DNA from: Camelus ferus
Taxonomy: Eukaryota
Direction of reading: 5' to 3'
DNA length: 64,000 bases
Assembly (NCBI RefSeq): GCF_009834535.1
Contig: NC_045697.1
Coordinates: 60,824,001 to 60,888,000, forward strand
Part shown: in pieces, positions 1 to 12,210 of the stretch
Position numbering within the stretch: position 1 is the first letter of the stretch
Layout of the letters: each line of letters opens with the position of its first letter
Translations under genes and position numbers: made by a program
The notes under the pieces: model-generated
What the model saw: only the letters and a program-made list of their open reading frames with translations
What the model was told of the DNA's origin: nothing
Database searches by the model: none

Positions 1-939
1 AATTTGGGATGTAAAATAGAAACGGGCTTACATTTATATTGTAGAAAGTAAACATGGGTTTATATTTGAGTTAATCAATACACTATTTTGTTTAACTCAC
101 ATCTGAGTTTTATAGGCAGCTCCTAAACTTCTATTACCAGCCATAGAAGGATGTCTCAGAGAGCGGTGACTGATACTGAAGTGTATGAAGGTGGGAGTTG
201 CACTGGTCCCATAAATTGTTGAGCTCAGCCTCAAAAGGGTAGAGCCCCATCTTTGGTCTTAAAGGTTAATCCCAGTGGGTTAGGAACAAAATTTAGGGGA
301 AGTTATTAGGGAAAATTTCTTCTCTACTGCTAATTCCTTTCTGTCAAGGGAGCTTAATGGGAAAGTAGAGTGAAAGGACTGCTTAAGAAATTTAGGAAGA
401 TAGCATGCTTAGCTTAACTCCATCATTTTTCTTTCTCTTAGGGACCAGTATGTCCAGTGAGAGCATATATTGTGTACCTATTTTTTTTCATAAGGCTAAA
501 GTAAAATATGTACATAATTTGTTCCAGTCTGCCTGACAGCTGACCTATTTGGCTCTCACATCAAATTATATCCTCCAAATACTGCCTATTAATAACAAAG
601 CTGATGATTTGGCTTTTATCAAATCACCAAAAAAAAAAAAAAAAGAGCATTGATGTTAAATTGCAATTAAGTCAGAAAATAAAAAACAAAAAATACTTAA
701 AATCATTCACACTTTTAAGAATTAAAAAAGTATTTAACAATGTCTCAGATTATGCATATATTAATTAGAAGCAAATTTAATTACTAATGGATGAAAGTAT
801 AATTAAGCTTTCATAATATATATGAACAATATTCTATTCTATATAAACAATAATGAAAATTTTGTATCAATAATTGTGGGATAAACTTAACATTAAATAT
901 TAGAAGCCAGTTATAACTTTAAATGTTTTTAGTAATTTA

Positions 940-1140
940 AAATAAAGGCTAAAATTAACGAACTAAGCAACCAACTTAATGCTGAAAAAGAACAAGAAAA
1001 TACAAAAAAAGGAGTAGTAAAATAAACATGAGAGCAGAAATTAATGAAATGAGATATATATTTCTAATACAGAGAATCAATAAAGCAAAACATTTTGTAC
1101 CAGGAAGACTAATAAAATAGATAAACCTTTTAGGATATTT
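940..1140 (+). mobile_element. Ancient L1 (L1M-type) ORF2 fragment
   Basis: GAAAAAGAACAAGAAAA..AGAGCAGAAATTAATGAAAT..AATAAAATAGATAAACCTTT is homologous to about 32010-32170. Confidence 0.65.
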
Positions 1141-1149
1141 ATCTTAGCT

Positions 1150-1225
1150 GGGGCCTACGTAATATTCTTTAAAAGTTCCTCAGGCAATACTAATTTACAG
1201 GCAATTTTCAGGCCCACTGCTTTAA
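1150..1225. mobile_element. MER5-like hAT DNA transposon end
   Basis: GGGGCC..TTTAAAAGTTCCTCAGG..CTAAT..CCACTGCTTTA resembles the MER5 terminus, from recall. Confidence 0.45.
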
Positions 1226-1239
1226 GGGAAAACATTTCT

Positions 1240-1700
1240 AAATTCTATATAAAATTTAAATATCTATACTTATCAAAGAAAAACATAAAAATTAAAATAT
1301 AAGTTATATATTGGGAGAAGATAATTGTATCACATTAATAACCAGGGAATATTAAAAAAAAATACTTCTAAAAGTCAATAAAAACTATAAATCAACAAAT
1401 ACCAAAATGGATGGGATATGTAAATAAGCAACTCACAAGAGGTAACACAAAATGAAAACATGTTCAATATCATTATGTGTCTAAAATGCAAATTACTATC
1501 CTAATGTGATTGACATAAGTTATACCCATTATATTTAAAATAAAATACAAAAAATTGGGTCATAATATACATTGACAAGGATGTGGTGTAAAGGTAACAT
1601 TCAAAAAGCTCATAGGAACACAAATTGGTAAATCTACTTAGGAGATTTCTTGGCAGTAAATAAAATCTGAACAATTTTTATCTTATTCTACAAAATATTT
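1240..1700 (+). mobile_element. Ancient L1ME-like ORF2 3' fragment
   Basis: Degenerate match to the ORF2 end (ATGAAAACATGTTCAATATCATTA..AAATGCAAATTA..GACAAGGATGTGG). Confidence 0.55.
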
Positions 1701-2468
1701 TTTGAACTCTATTTGATACATTTTTTCATTTGTATTTTGATATATTCCTTTTAGGTTAAAAATACAAATACAAAACTAAAAGTTATTCTGAGAAGAGATA
1801 CTTTGCCCACTCTTCCCGCTTTTCTCCCCTTTTCACTTTGCTAAGAATTTCATTAGAATAGAGTCATGGCATCTTTCAATATGTCTTAGAGCATATTTTC
1901 AATCAGGAAGCAAGAGAGATTTTTTTAACTTAATCAAACATAGATATCATGTCACTGATGAATAATTACGTAAACTGAATGATTTCTGACCATGCTCCAT
2001 GGCTAGCAGTTCTACAAATGAAAATCTAAACTGATTAGTTATAGAAATACTCCTGCAGTGATTGATGATTCTGATTCAATTCCTCCATCTTCCCCAAATT
2101 TCACCCATAAGAGAAAGAATAAGTTTACCCACTTGTATTTAAAATTTTATCTTTCAATTTCAACAGTAATAGTGGTATTTTATTCCAAATTTTTAATTTG
2201 ATGTATGCATGTCATTGCGTTTGTTATACTTTAAAAAGATTATGTAAAGAAACAAATCAGACTACATTAAGATTCTGAAAATAAATAGCAATATAAATAA
2301 ATTTTGTTAAAAATAATTTTTAAAATACGTATTTTCTTCAAGTCCCTAAAGCCACTGCATACCTCCTTGACTTAGTAAATGTACTTTTCTCCTTTTTATA
2401 AAAAAAGTCCGTCAGGCATAAAATTATTTTATTTCATATCACATACTTAGCTACATCAAATTACCCAT

Positions 2469-2957
2469 TTTTTTAATTGAAGCATAGTTGGTTTACAATG
2501 CTGTATTAATTTGTGGTGTACAGCAGAATAATTCAGCTATACATATATATTCCTTTTTATATTCTTTTTATAGACTATTACCAGATATTGAATATAGTCA
2601 CCTGTGCTATACAGTAGGACCTTGTTGTTTATCTATTTTGTACATAGTAGTTTGTATCTGAAATTCCCAAACTCCCAATTTATCCTTCTACCACCCCATC
2701 CCCCTACTTGTAACCATAAGCTTGTTCTCTATGTCTGTGAGTCTATTTCTGTTTTGTAAATAAGTTCATTTGCATTTTTTTTTAGATTCCATGGTATCAT
2801 ATAGTATTTTTCTTTCTCTTTCTGGCTTACTTCACTTAAAATGATTATCTCCATGTCCATCCATGTTGCTGTAAATGGCATTACTTTACTCTTTACTATG
2901 AGGGAGTAGTATTCCATTGTAATGTATGTACCACAGCTACTTTATCCAATCATAAAG
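2469..2957 (-). mobile_element. 5'-truncated L1 (ORF2 end plus 3' UTR)
   Basis: ORF 2729-2917 is the ORF2 C-terminus (MPFTATWMDMEIIILSEVSQKEKEKY). T-tail at the left end. Degenerate TSD CAAATTACCCATTTT (2457-2471) / CAAACTACCCATCTT (2958-2972). Confidence 0.9.
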
Positions 2958-3253
2958 CAAACTACCCATCTTAAAAATCCTTCTCAAGTGCATATCTTGC
3001 TCTATCATTCTAAATATCTCCTTTGATCAAGATACTCAGAAGAATATACCTTACATGCTTTGGACACTTTCCATTGCTCCTCAGTCCATGGAAACCATAC
3101 TACGATTCCTTCGCTTCCTCTACTGGAACTCTCCCAGCTAATGTTACCAATGACATTCTTGTTGACAAACACAGTGGGCTATTATAGTCTACCAACTCCC
3201 TGGAATATTTGAAGCCTTTATAAATAAGGCTTCAATGCCTCTCAGAAACCAAT

Positions 3254-3391
3254 TGACTGGGACATTGTGCTGTACACCAGAAACTGACACATTATAACTG
3301 ACTATACTTCAATTAAAAAATAAAATAAAATAAAACAATACCAAAATGAACAAAAAAACAAAATAAATGCTTACTATTACTGCAAAAAAAA
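3254..3391 (+). mobile_element. Extreme 3'-end L1 fragment with extended A-rich tail
   Basis: TGACTGGGACATTGTGCTGTACACCAGAAA..ACTATACTTCAAT matches about 40001-40060, and A-rich sequence follows. Confidence 0.85.
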
Positions 3392-3569
3392 TTGATATTT
3401 TCCATTGGTTCCTGAGAGAAGTGCACCTTTGTTATTTGATCTTGTTTCTTCCTTTCTCAGTTTCTCATGACACTTCCTCCAATGATAGTCAGTTAAATGA
3501 CTGCTTTTAGAATTATGTTCTCTTTCATTATCAATTCACTATTCTCTTAGAAGTGTCATTCAGTGTACA

Positions 3570-4340
3570 CCACTGAGTATGATATCAGATAAAGGTTTTT
3601 CATAGATGCTCTTTATCAGGTTGAAGAATTACATTCTATGTCTGATGTACGGAGAGTTCTTATCAGGAATGGATCTTGGAGTTTGTTAAATTGATGATCT
3701 TTTGAATATTAAATTATCTTTTCATGCCTGGAACTTCCCTCTTGCTTTGGTTGTGTTATATAATACACACATACAAATGACACTTATACATATGCATATA
3801 TATTGCTGTACACAGATTGCTAATATTTTGTTTTGTTGAGCATTTTTGGTCTTGTTCATGAAGCATACTGGTCTGTAATTTTCTTTTTTATACTGTCTTT
3901 GGTTTTGGTGTATAACAATAGTGGCTGAGTAAAAGATTTGTGGAGTTTTGTCTCCTTTCTATTTTCTAGAATAGGTTTAGTAGTATTGGTGTTTTATTCT
4001 TCTTTAAAACTTTGATATAGTTCTGCAAACAAACCCTATATTTTGGAATATTTTTAATTACATATTCAAGGTATTATAACTATAGTACTATTCATATAAT
4101 CTTTTTCATATTGAGTGTGTTTTGGTAGTGTGTATTTGAAGAATTGTTTCATTTTATGTAAGTTTTCAAATGTATGTGTGCAGATTTGTCCATATTATCC
4201 CAAAATTTCCCATTAATGTCTGTAGGGTCTGCAGTAATAGATTCTGTTTCATTCCTCATTACTGATATTGCTAACTTTTATTCTCTCACTCTCTCTTTTG
4301 TCAGTCTTATTAAACATTTATTAAGTTTATTGATAAGCAA
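3570..4340 (-). mobile_element. Ancient L1 ORF2 fragment
   Basis: TAGATGCTCTTTATCAGGTTGAAGAA..TTGCTAATATTTTG..CTGGTCTGTAATTTTCTTTT is the reverse complement of the ORF2 Z/RT region. Confidence 0.75.
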
Positions 4341-7300
4341 TTAAAAGAGTAAAAATATTTTACACTCAGTGATTCTCTTTCTAAGAATCATGAGGGTAGT
4401 TACGCCAAGATTTAGTAGTGATGCCATCTTTAAGAGAGACCTATGTAATCTATAACTGAAGAGAATTGTGGTTTTGTCTTCCCTCCTTAATCCTACCTCA
4501 CCAGCTTTCCAGCAAAAGCTGAGCATATAAATATCACTCAAATGAATGTATTTTCTGCTAAAGTAAACTGTAGTTGATTTCTGACTCTAACAACATTGAT
4601 ACATACCTGTAAGACTTTATTTTATATACATTTGTATTTTATATATAATACATAATAATTACATGTCTATATCCATCAATTACTGATTCCCAGCGGTAGA
4701 CACGGTGCTTCTTTATCTTTGTTATCTCAGTGAATACTGCATTAAAAAAAAAAACTACCAATAGATGCTAACTGAATGAAACTCACTTTGACTCATGCAT
4801 AGTATGAAATCTTAAAGTAAAATCTTTAAAATAAAAATGTTTATGATGGCACCAAATGACTTCACTTAAGGACAAAAATATTATGGAATTACTCTACTTT
4901 ACTTCAGTTGAAGGATTTAAATTCTGCACCTCCTCTTTGTTTCATGAAACTAAAGTAATGATCAAAAAATAAAGGATATCACAGTGCCAGAATGTTGAAG
5001 AGTAAAAATGAAAAGAAGCTCCTAGGATTCAACAAAGTGAAGACTGGAGGAGATCGAAATATAAATACTTTAATTTAACATGCCTTTTTGAGAACATATA
5101 ATATACCACTTAAAAAAAAAACTTTATTGTAACTTTCAAAGATCCTAGAATTTTTTAAAAACACTCACATAAATGTGTTACCTCTATTTACTACACTTTA
5201 TGATTCTATTTCTTTTATTTATAATCATTCACGATGAGAAAAACAAAACAAAAATTTGTTTATGGAATAGATTAAAATCACATTTTATCTAATAAAATGT
5301 ATATCAATGAACTATGAATGCAACTTATTTGTCCTTCTGTGTAAAATTTATATTTTTATAATATCTGTGCAATCAGATGGTATTTTTGCATCCTTTTATA
5401 CTCAATTCTTAGCTGAATAGATAAAAATGTTCAAGAATATTCCTGTGGAGAGGCAAGCCAATTGCCAGAAGAACAAATGAAAGCACAGGATTTAATTCAA
5501 ATAATTTAAATTCTGTGGCTTCGAGCCACTAGTCCAATAAAAAGTGACACTATTGCCAAGTAAGTAGGGTAGTAAAAGAAACAAAATGGGGTTGTCATAA
5601 TGGGAAACAATATCAACTACTTACATTAAAAAAGTAAATACCCTAAATACTTATAGTATTCATTCATTTTAAGTACATGCATTTCTCTGTGTTTGTTGAA
5701 TGCTCTTTCGAGAAACTAAGGACACATACTACACTTTTAAAGATTTTATCTTCACTGCTATTATGAAAAGAAGAATCCTTAGGCTAATGAGAATTACAAC
5801 ACTCCCAGGTGCTGTTCCTGTCTTGTAATAGAAGTCTTGTGATACTGGAGTTAAGAAATTGCTTCAGTAAATATGCTAAATTTTGTCCATTGAAGGGAAC
5901 ATTAAATTTTGCACCCTATTACATAATCTTTGGCTGTTGGCAGACATTCATATCCCATCACCTTCAACAGTCTCCCCTATTTCACTTTGCCCTAACTAAT
6001 TATATCACTAAAGAGAAAAATTAATAGGGGTTATGATCAGATACAAAGACATTAAATAAAGGTGACAATTTCTGGTATGTACAAGAAATTGATTTCAAAT
6101 TATTGAGTCTATATGACATATTAGGATTAGTTCCTTTAATAATGTTGTAAAATTTCCCTGCAGCTACCACACAAATCATTGTCCAGCAATGGCTTGGCTA
6201 CAGAGCTATAAAACAGATTTTCCCTGGGATTTAGAGAGAAATTATGTTGTCTGAAAATTTTTGGAATTCCCTTTCCTTGCTTCCACTTCAGCAATGGAGT
6301 ATAAAGAAATAGAGTCAAAATCTTAGACTGAGCTTTGGGAAGAGGAGATAAAAGGCCTAATTGGACTCTGCTACATGAATAGAAGTCATCTTTAAGCTCT
6401 GTATCATTCATGCAAGTCAGAACATCTGAGAGTTTGGAAATAAAGGTTAGAATACTAAAATGTTTGCTTGTGGAGTGTGTCTTTACACACCTATCTCAAG
6501 AATCCAGGACAACAAAATATAGTGCCAAAAGTTTCTGAATACTAGGTCTTGGTATATTCTCTACATTTTCTTTCAAAGAACAAAGATGGCATATTAACCA
6601 CATATTAACACCTATTGTTTTAGTCCCTAGCTTGGTTGCCATGAATCTGCCAAATAAAACACATTTTCTGGTTGTAGGCATTAACAAAATTATTTTTCTC
6701 CTGGTATCAGAAAGGCAAAGTTAAAAGGTAAATTGAAGTTGAAAGGCAAATTTAAATATATCTTTGTGTAGGTAATGTTGGAAAAGTCCCCATTAATAAT
6801 ACCATTAATAATTTGATAGTTGGTAAATTGTCCTTGAATTCATTTTCTTACTTAATTCTATTAATAGCCCTACATGATGAGGTTATATGATTAAATTTAA
6901 AGCTGAAAATTCAACCTAGTCTTTCTATTCAAAACACATTTCCAGGCTTATAGCCTACTCCATAACTACAACCTAATATCCAATTGGCAATTTTTTGTTG
7001 GTGTAAATACATATACTCAGATATTCAGGCACAAAAGTCAAACCTAGATAGGATTCAAAAGCTGTGACAACTGTGGATAGAGGGTGGGGTGCGGTGTGTG
7101 TGTGTGTTTGTGAATGAGAGCAGAGGAAAGTCTTCTTAGGGAGGAAAAAAATGCAAAATATAAACTAACATATATACTTTAACATAGTCTTCTGGTTTTG
7201 AGTAATTTTCTTTCATTTTTTCTTTAATCACCAGAGCCATTTCCTAAGCAATATCTATTAAAGACCAGAACATAACCAAAATCAGACCAATATCAGGTGA

Positions 7301-7616
7301 AAAGGAAAGAGCAATTTCATATCAGTTAATATACTTGGGGGCTGAGAATTTTGCAATAAATTGAAATAAATTTGTTTTCAGTTTTGGTGGTACTTAATAA
7401 GGCCTTAATACATATTAATATACAGGTTTTTGCATTAATGTAAATTTTAATTTCTTTTGAGCAAATACGTAGAAGTGGGATTACTTGTAGCATAGTAAGT
7501 TTATGGTTACATTTATAAGAAACTGCCAAACTGTTTAGTTAAGTGGCTGTACCATTTTGTATGTCCATGAGCAATGCAAGAGTCAGTATTTCTGTACCCT
7601 CACCAGCATATGGCAT

Positions 7617-7737
7617 ATTATTACTATTATTTACCACCACCACCACTACTGCTACTACTATTGCTACGGTTAGTAGGATGATTACTACCACCACTGCCAC
7701 TACTACTACTATTGTTGTTATTATTATAATTATTATT
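7617..7737. repeat. Compound trinucleotide low-complexity tract (ACC/ACT/ATT)
   Basis: Runs of ACC, ACT and ATT. It explains the poly-T/V/I pseudo-ORFs at 7539-7814. Confidence 0.85.
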
Positions 7738-8139
7738 TTGTATTTGAGACATAGTGTGTAGTAGTATCTCATCATGGTTTCATTTTGCATATCCCTAATG
7801 ACTAATGACACCATTTCTTTATATCTGCCTATTTGCCACCAACATAGATTCTTTGGTGATGTGTCTATTCAAAAAATTGTATTATTTGTTTTCTCAGTAT
7901 TGTGTATTTTAGAGGTTTTTATATATTCAGAATACAACTATTTTATATATATATGTTTTGCATATATGTCTCCCAATATATGGCATGTCTTTTCAATTAA
8001 GAAAGTTCTTCAAAGACCAAATAAATTTAATTTTCATTAAGTCTAATTTATCAATGTTTATTTTTAAAATATATGCATTTGATGTCATATCTAAGACATC
8101 TTTGCCTAGTTCAAGATCACACAGATTTTTCCCTTATAT

Positions 8140-8256
8140 TTTCTGCTTCTGCTTTTCTGTCTCCTCTTCTTCCTTGTCCTCCTTGTCCTTCTTCTGCTTC
8201 CTCTACTTCTACTCATTTCTCTCCCTTCCCTCCTCCAACTCCTCCAAATCCTCTTT
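8140..8256. repeat. Pyrimidine-rich (TCC/TTC) low-complexity tract
   Basis: TTCTGCTTCTGC..CTCCTCTTCTTCCTTGTCCTCCTTGTCC, read directly from the sequence. Confidence 0.75.
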
Positions 8257-10154
8257 TAGTTTTAAATTTACATTTAGATCTATAATCTATTGTGACTTAG
8301 TTTTTTACATGTGTAAGATATTGTAAACAAAATTAATGAAAAGCTAAGCTTTAATTTTTATGTGGATGTCTGAATTTGCAGCACCACTTATTGAAAAGTT
8401 ATCCTTTCTTCATTGAGTTGTTAATACATCTTTGTTGAAAATCAGCTGGTCAGGTATGTGTAGTTGTATTTCTAGACTCGATTTAATTTTTCTGTCTATC
8501 CTTTTGCTGATATTGTGTTGTCATTATTTCAGGTTTATAATGTCTTAAAGAAAATCTTCTGACTTTGTTCTTCTTTTTGAAAAAAATACTTTGAGTATTC
8601 TTTTTCTTTTGCTTTCCAGTATAAATTTTAGAACCATCTTGCTAATTTTTAAACATTCCTTTTGGGAATTTGGTGGACTTGTGTTGAATCCATAGGTTAA
8701 TTTGGGAAGAATTGGTTTATTAACCATATTGAGTGTTCCAATCCATGAAAATATATATCTCAATATTTATTTATACTCTTTAATTTTTCCTTTATATTTC
8801 ATAGTTTTGACCATTCAGATCTTGCCCATAAATATTTAATATTTTCAATTCTATTTTAAATGGTAGTTAAATTTTTTCAATCCCTAAAAAATTCACATAT
8901 ATAAATGAATATAAATATACAAATATAAATTACAATTAATTTATATATTTTTATCCTACAAATCTGCTAAACTCATTTATTAGTTCCAGTGGTATTTTTG
9001 TATTTTTTTTGAATTTTTTTTCGTAGGCAATCAGATAAAATGCAAACAGAGACAATTTTATTTCCTCCTTTCCAATCTATATATATATATATTTTATTGA
9101 TTTTTCTTGCCCTGTTGCACTGGCTAGGTTCTTTAGTACAATATTGAATAGATATATTCAGGTACCCTGTGTAGGAAAAAACTACTTTAGTCTTTCCCAT
9201 TAAATATTTTAGATATAAGTTTATTGTAAGTGCTCTTTATTAGGTAAAGCAAGTTCCACTTAATGCTTAATTCCTGAGAGTTTGTATAAGTTTCACGTAT
9301 GTAAGAATGTAAAAATTTGCCAAATGCAGTTTTTGCACCTATGAAGGTAATCACATGGTTGTTATTCCTTTGTGTATGGATAAGATGAATTACACTGATT
9401 GGTTTTGAAATGTTAAATCAACTGTGCCATTTCAGGATAACACACACTTAGTTGTGATGTCTCATCCGTCAGTAAATTGTTGGAATTATTTGCAAATATT
9501 TTGTTGAGGGTTCTTACATTTATATTCATAAGAGATACTGGTCTGTCATTTTCTTTTCTTGAAATATCTTTTTCTTTGGTTTTGATATCAGGTAAATGCT
9601 GGTATTATATAAAGTATTACCTAATTTTATTTTTTTCTAGAAGTGTTTATATAACATTTGCATTATTTCTTGAGTATTTTGGGAGTTGAAACTATCTGGG
9701 CCAAAAGTTTCTTATTTGGCAGGTATCTAAATAGAACTTCATCTTTGAAACAGACATAGAACTAGTTATATTATCTAATTTTTCTTAAGTGAGCATTGAT
9801 AGAGTATGTCTGTCAAGGAATGTGTCTTTCACCTGTATTAAATTTATGAGCATTAAGTGTTCTGTAATATTTTTCTATTATCCTCATGTCTGTAGAATTT
9901 GTACTGAGTCCCCTGTTTCATTTTTGATATTGGTGATTCATGGCTTCTTTCTCTTTCCCTTGGTTACCTTTATTATTATTTATCAATTTTTAAAAGCTTT
10001 AGTTTTTTAATTGACTTTCTTTATATTTTCTCTGATTTTGATTGGTTTGAAACTATGAATTCAATGGTATCTCTAACTTCACAATCTATAGTAGGATGTT
10101 TTGCTAAACTTATGTGAAACTTATGTGAAATTTAATAGCTCTGATTTTTTTTAA

Positions 10155-10550
10155 ATAAAAGAGCAAAACTGGAGAACTTAACCATACCAGGCATTAAGAC
10201 ACATATTACAAATTTAGGAATAAATTAATGTGCTATTAAAATAAAAAACTCAAGTAAATCAATGCAAAAGTATAGAGTATGCAGAAATACACTTATGTAT
10301 ATATGAGACCTTGGTTTATAATAGAGATGACATTATTAATTACTAAAGAAAAAAATATAGTATATTGTGCGGGACAAGTGGCTCACTATGCTATGAAAAT
10401 ACATCTGTATTATTAACTTACACTAAGTATGCACATAAAATACAAATGAATTCAAAATAAATGTAGAGTTTAAACTTCATTGAATATAGAATAAAATAGT
10501 AGGGATAGTCATGGGATAAGAGAGAATTACTAATTGTTAAAAAAAAAAAT
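10155..10550 (+). mobile_element. Ancient L1ME-like ORF2 fragment
   Basis: AAAGAGCAAAACTGGAGAACTTAACCATACCAG..ATCAATGCAAAAGTATAGAGTATGCAGAAATA is homologous to about 33620-33960. Confidence 0.6.
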
Positions 10551-10619
10551 TCCAAACTGTGAGCTCTGCTTCTACTTTTCCTTTGGTTTGGAATTCTTTT
10601 CTCTTGTATAGTCACATGA

Positions 10620-10880
10620 AGTGTGTCTTCTATTTCTTTTAGTTTTCTACTTAAATATCACCTTCTTTGATCTCTCTTTATAAATTTGCACACTCCACTA
10701 TCAATCTCTATATATTATACTGGGTGCATTTTTTTTTCTTGTAGCTCTTATAACCACCTTGCATATTTTAAGGTTATGTGTTTGGTGATTGTCCATATCT
10801 ACAAAAATACGTAAGCTCCATTGAGAATAGAGATTTTCATTCATTCATTCACTCATTCATTTATTTATTATCTATGTAAA
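10620..10880. mobile_element. L2 3'-end fragments
   Basis: TTAAATATCACCTTCT..GTAAGCTCCATTGAGAATAGAGATTTT and a (CATT)n tail typical of L2. Confidence 0.55.
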
Positions 10881-11011
10881 TGTTTAAAACTAGGCCCAGT
10901 TATGGCAGCACTCAAAAAGGTTTTTTTTTTTTCAGAGTCAGTGAATAAATTTATCATGTACAAACTAGTGAAAACACAGGGGAAAAGACTGATTATGTAA
11001 AGAAAACAAGA

Positions 11012-11240
11012 GGGTGTGGGAAGGGATAAATTGAGAGTTTGAGATTTGTGGACACTAAGTACTATATACAAAATAGATAAATAATAAGTTTCTACTATAT
11101 AGTACAGGGAACTATAGTCAATATCTTTTAGTAACCTATAATGAAAAAGAATATGATAAGGAATATATGTATGTATATGTATAACTGAAACATTATGCTG
11201 TGCACCAGAAATTGACACGACATAAGAAGATAAGAAAAAA
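11012..11240 (+). mobile_element. L1 3' UTR fragment
   Basis: GGGAAGGGATAAATTGAGAGTTTGAGATTTG...TGCTGTGCACCAGAAATTGACAC is similar to 25765-25980 and 39835-40035. Confidence 0.85.
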
Positions 11241-11244
11241 GACA

Positions 11245-12210
11245 AGACATGAGAAAAATGACCTGAAAAGAAAGTGTTTACAATTATAACATCATAAAAT
11301 AATAATTGGTAACAATCTGGGAGATAATATTTTACAATATCTAAAACTAATAATAGATTAGCATACATTTAATCCCGAAAGCCAACTAAGAGAAGAAAAG
11401 AAATATATTAGAAAAAGTGCTCAAAGGATATTAAGTTGCCAACACATAGACAATCAAGGATAAATATGTTTACATTTAACAATATTCTTAAGATTATGAA
11501 CAAAACAAATTTAAGCAACACTAACATGGAATTTCAGTCTTGTAAGATTATAAGAAGTAAAAAAGCTTGATAATGTGGAATATCTGGAATGCTATGGATA
11601 TTTGAGAATACTTTTCCTTTCCTAGTATATGTAGAACCACTTAGGGATAAATTTGGTAATATCTATTGACATTAAAATGAGTTCTCTACATTCCAGCTAT
11701 GTCAAAATTATATTTATAGTCTGAAAAAACAGTAACATATACTTATAGAAAGTGAAATTAAAATGTTTATGACAATATTAAGAAAGGGAGCAAGAATTTG
11801 CAAATATATATGCCTATCACTGAGTAAGGATAAAACAAAGTGCTTAGACGTATAAAATGGAATACCTAGCAATAGTAAAAAAAAAAAAAACAACAAACTA
11901 ATAAATGTGCATAAAAGAGTAAAGATAGTAAAGCCTAGTGTTGGGTTAAAATATAGGAACAATAGGATTCATAACACAATTCTGGTTATGAAATTAAAAT
12001 ATAATTCAATACTATATCTATAGATGATATTTAGTTATCTAGGGTCATTTGTAAATAGACCAAAGTAAGTGCCTGATGTGGATGGGAAGGGAATTGGATC
12101 TAGGGATGAAAAAAAAAAAACAAATTTAAAAATGAATAAATGAAGCCTTTGCACAAATAATAATGAATAACCTGTGAATTAGGTTAATTCAACTTTTTGT
12201 ATCTTACATT
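11245..12210 (+). mobile_element. Ancient L1ME-like 3' region
   Basis: Degenerate ORF2-end/3' UTR motifs (CCACTTAGGGATAAATTTGGTAATATCTATT, AATGGAATAC). Confidence 0.5.

Larger units (their letters stand above)
7400..10040 (-). mobile_element. Ancient L1 ORF2 (L1MC/ME-like), fragmented
   Basis: Minus-strand ORFs give decayed ORF2 peptides (SLVIRDMQNETMMRYY; FSWIGTLNMVNKPILPKLTYGFN). Confidence 0.8.

Noticed and set aside
3211..3233. Inverted repeat GAAGCCTT-N7-AAGGCTTC
   Set aside because: An 8-bp stem is expected by chance in 64 kb.
7539..7814. Hydrophobic poly-V/I and poly-T ORFs resembling membrane or mucin proteins
   Set aside because: They are translations of a trinucleotide low-complexity tract inside an old L1.
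10868..11368. 166-aa minus-strand ORF
   Set aside because: It spans unrelated repeat fragments including an L1 3' UTR, so it is a compositional artefact.
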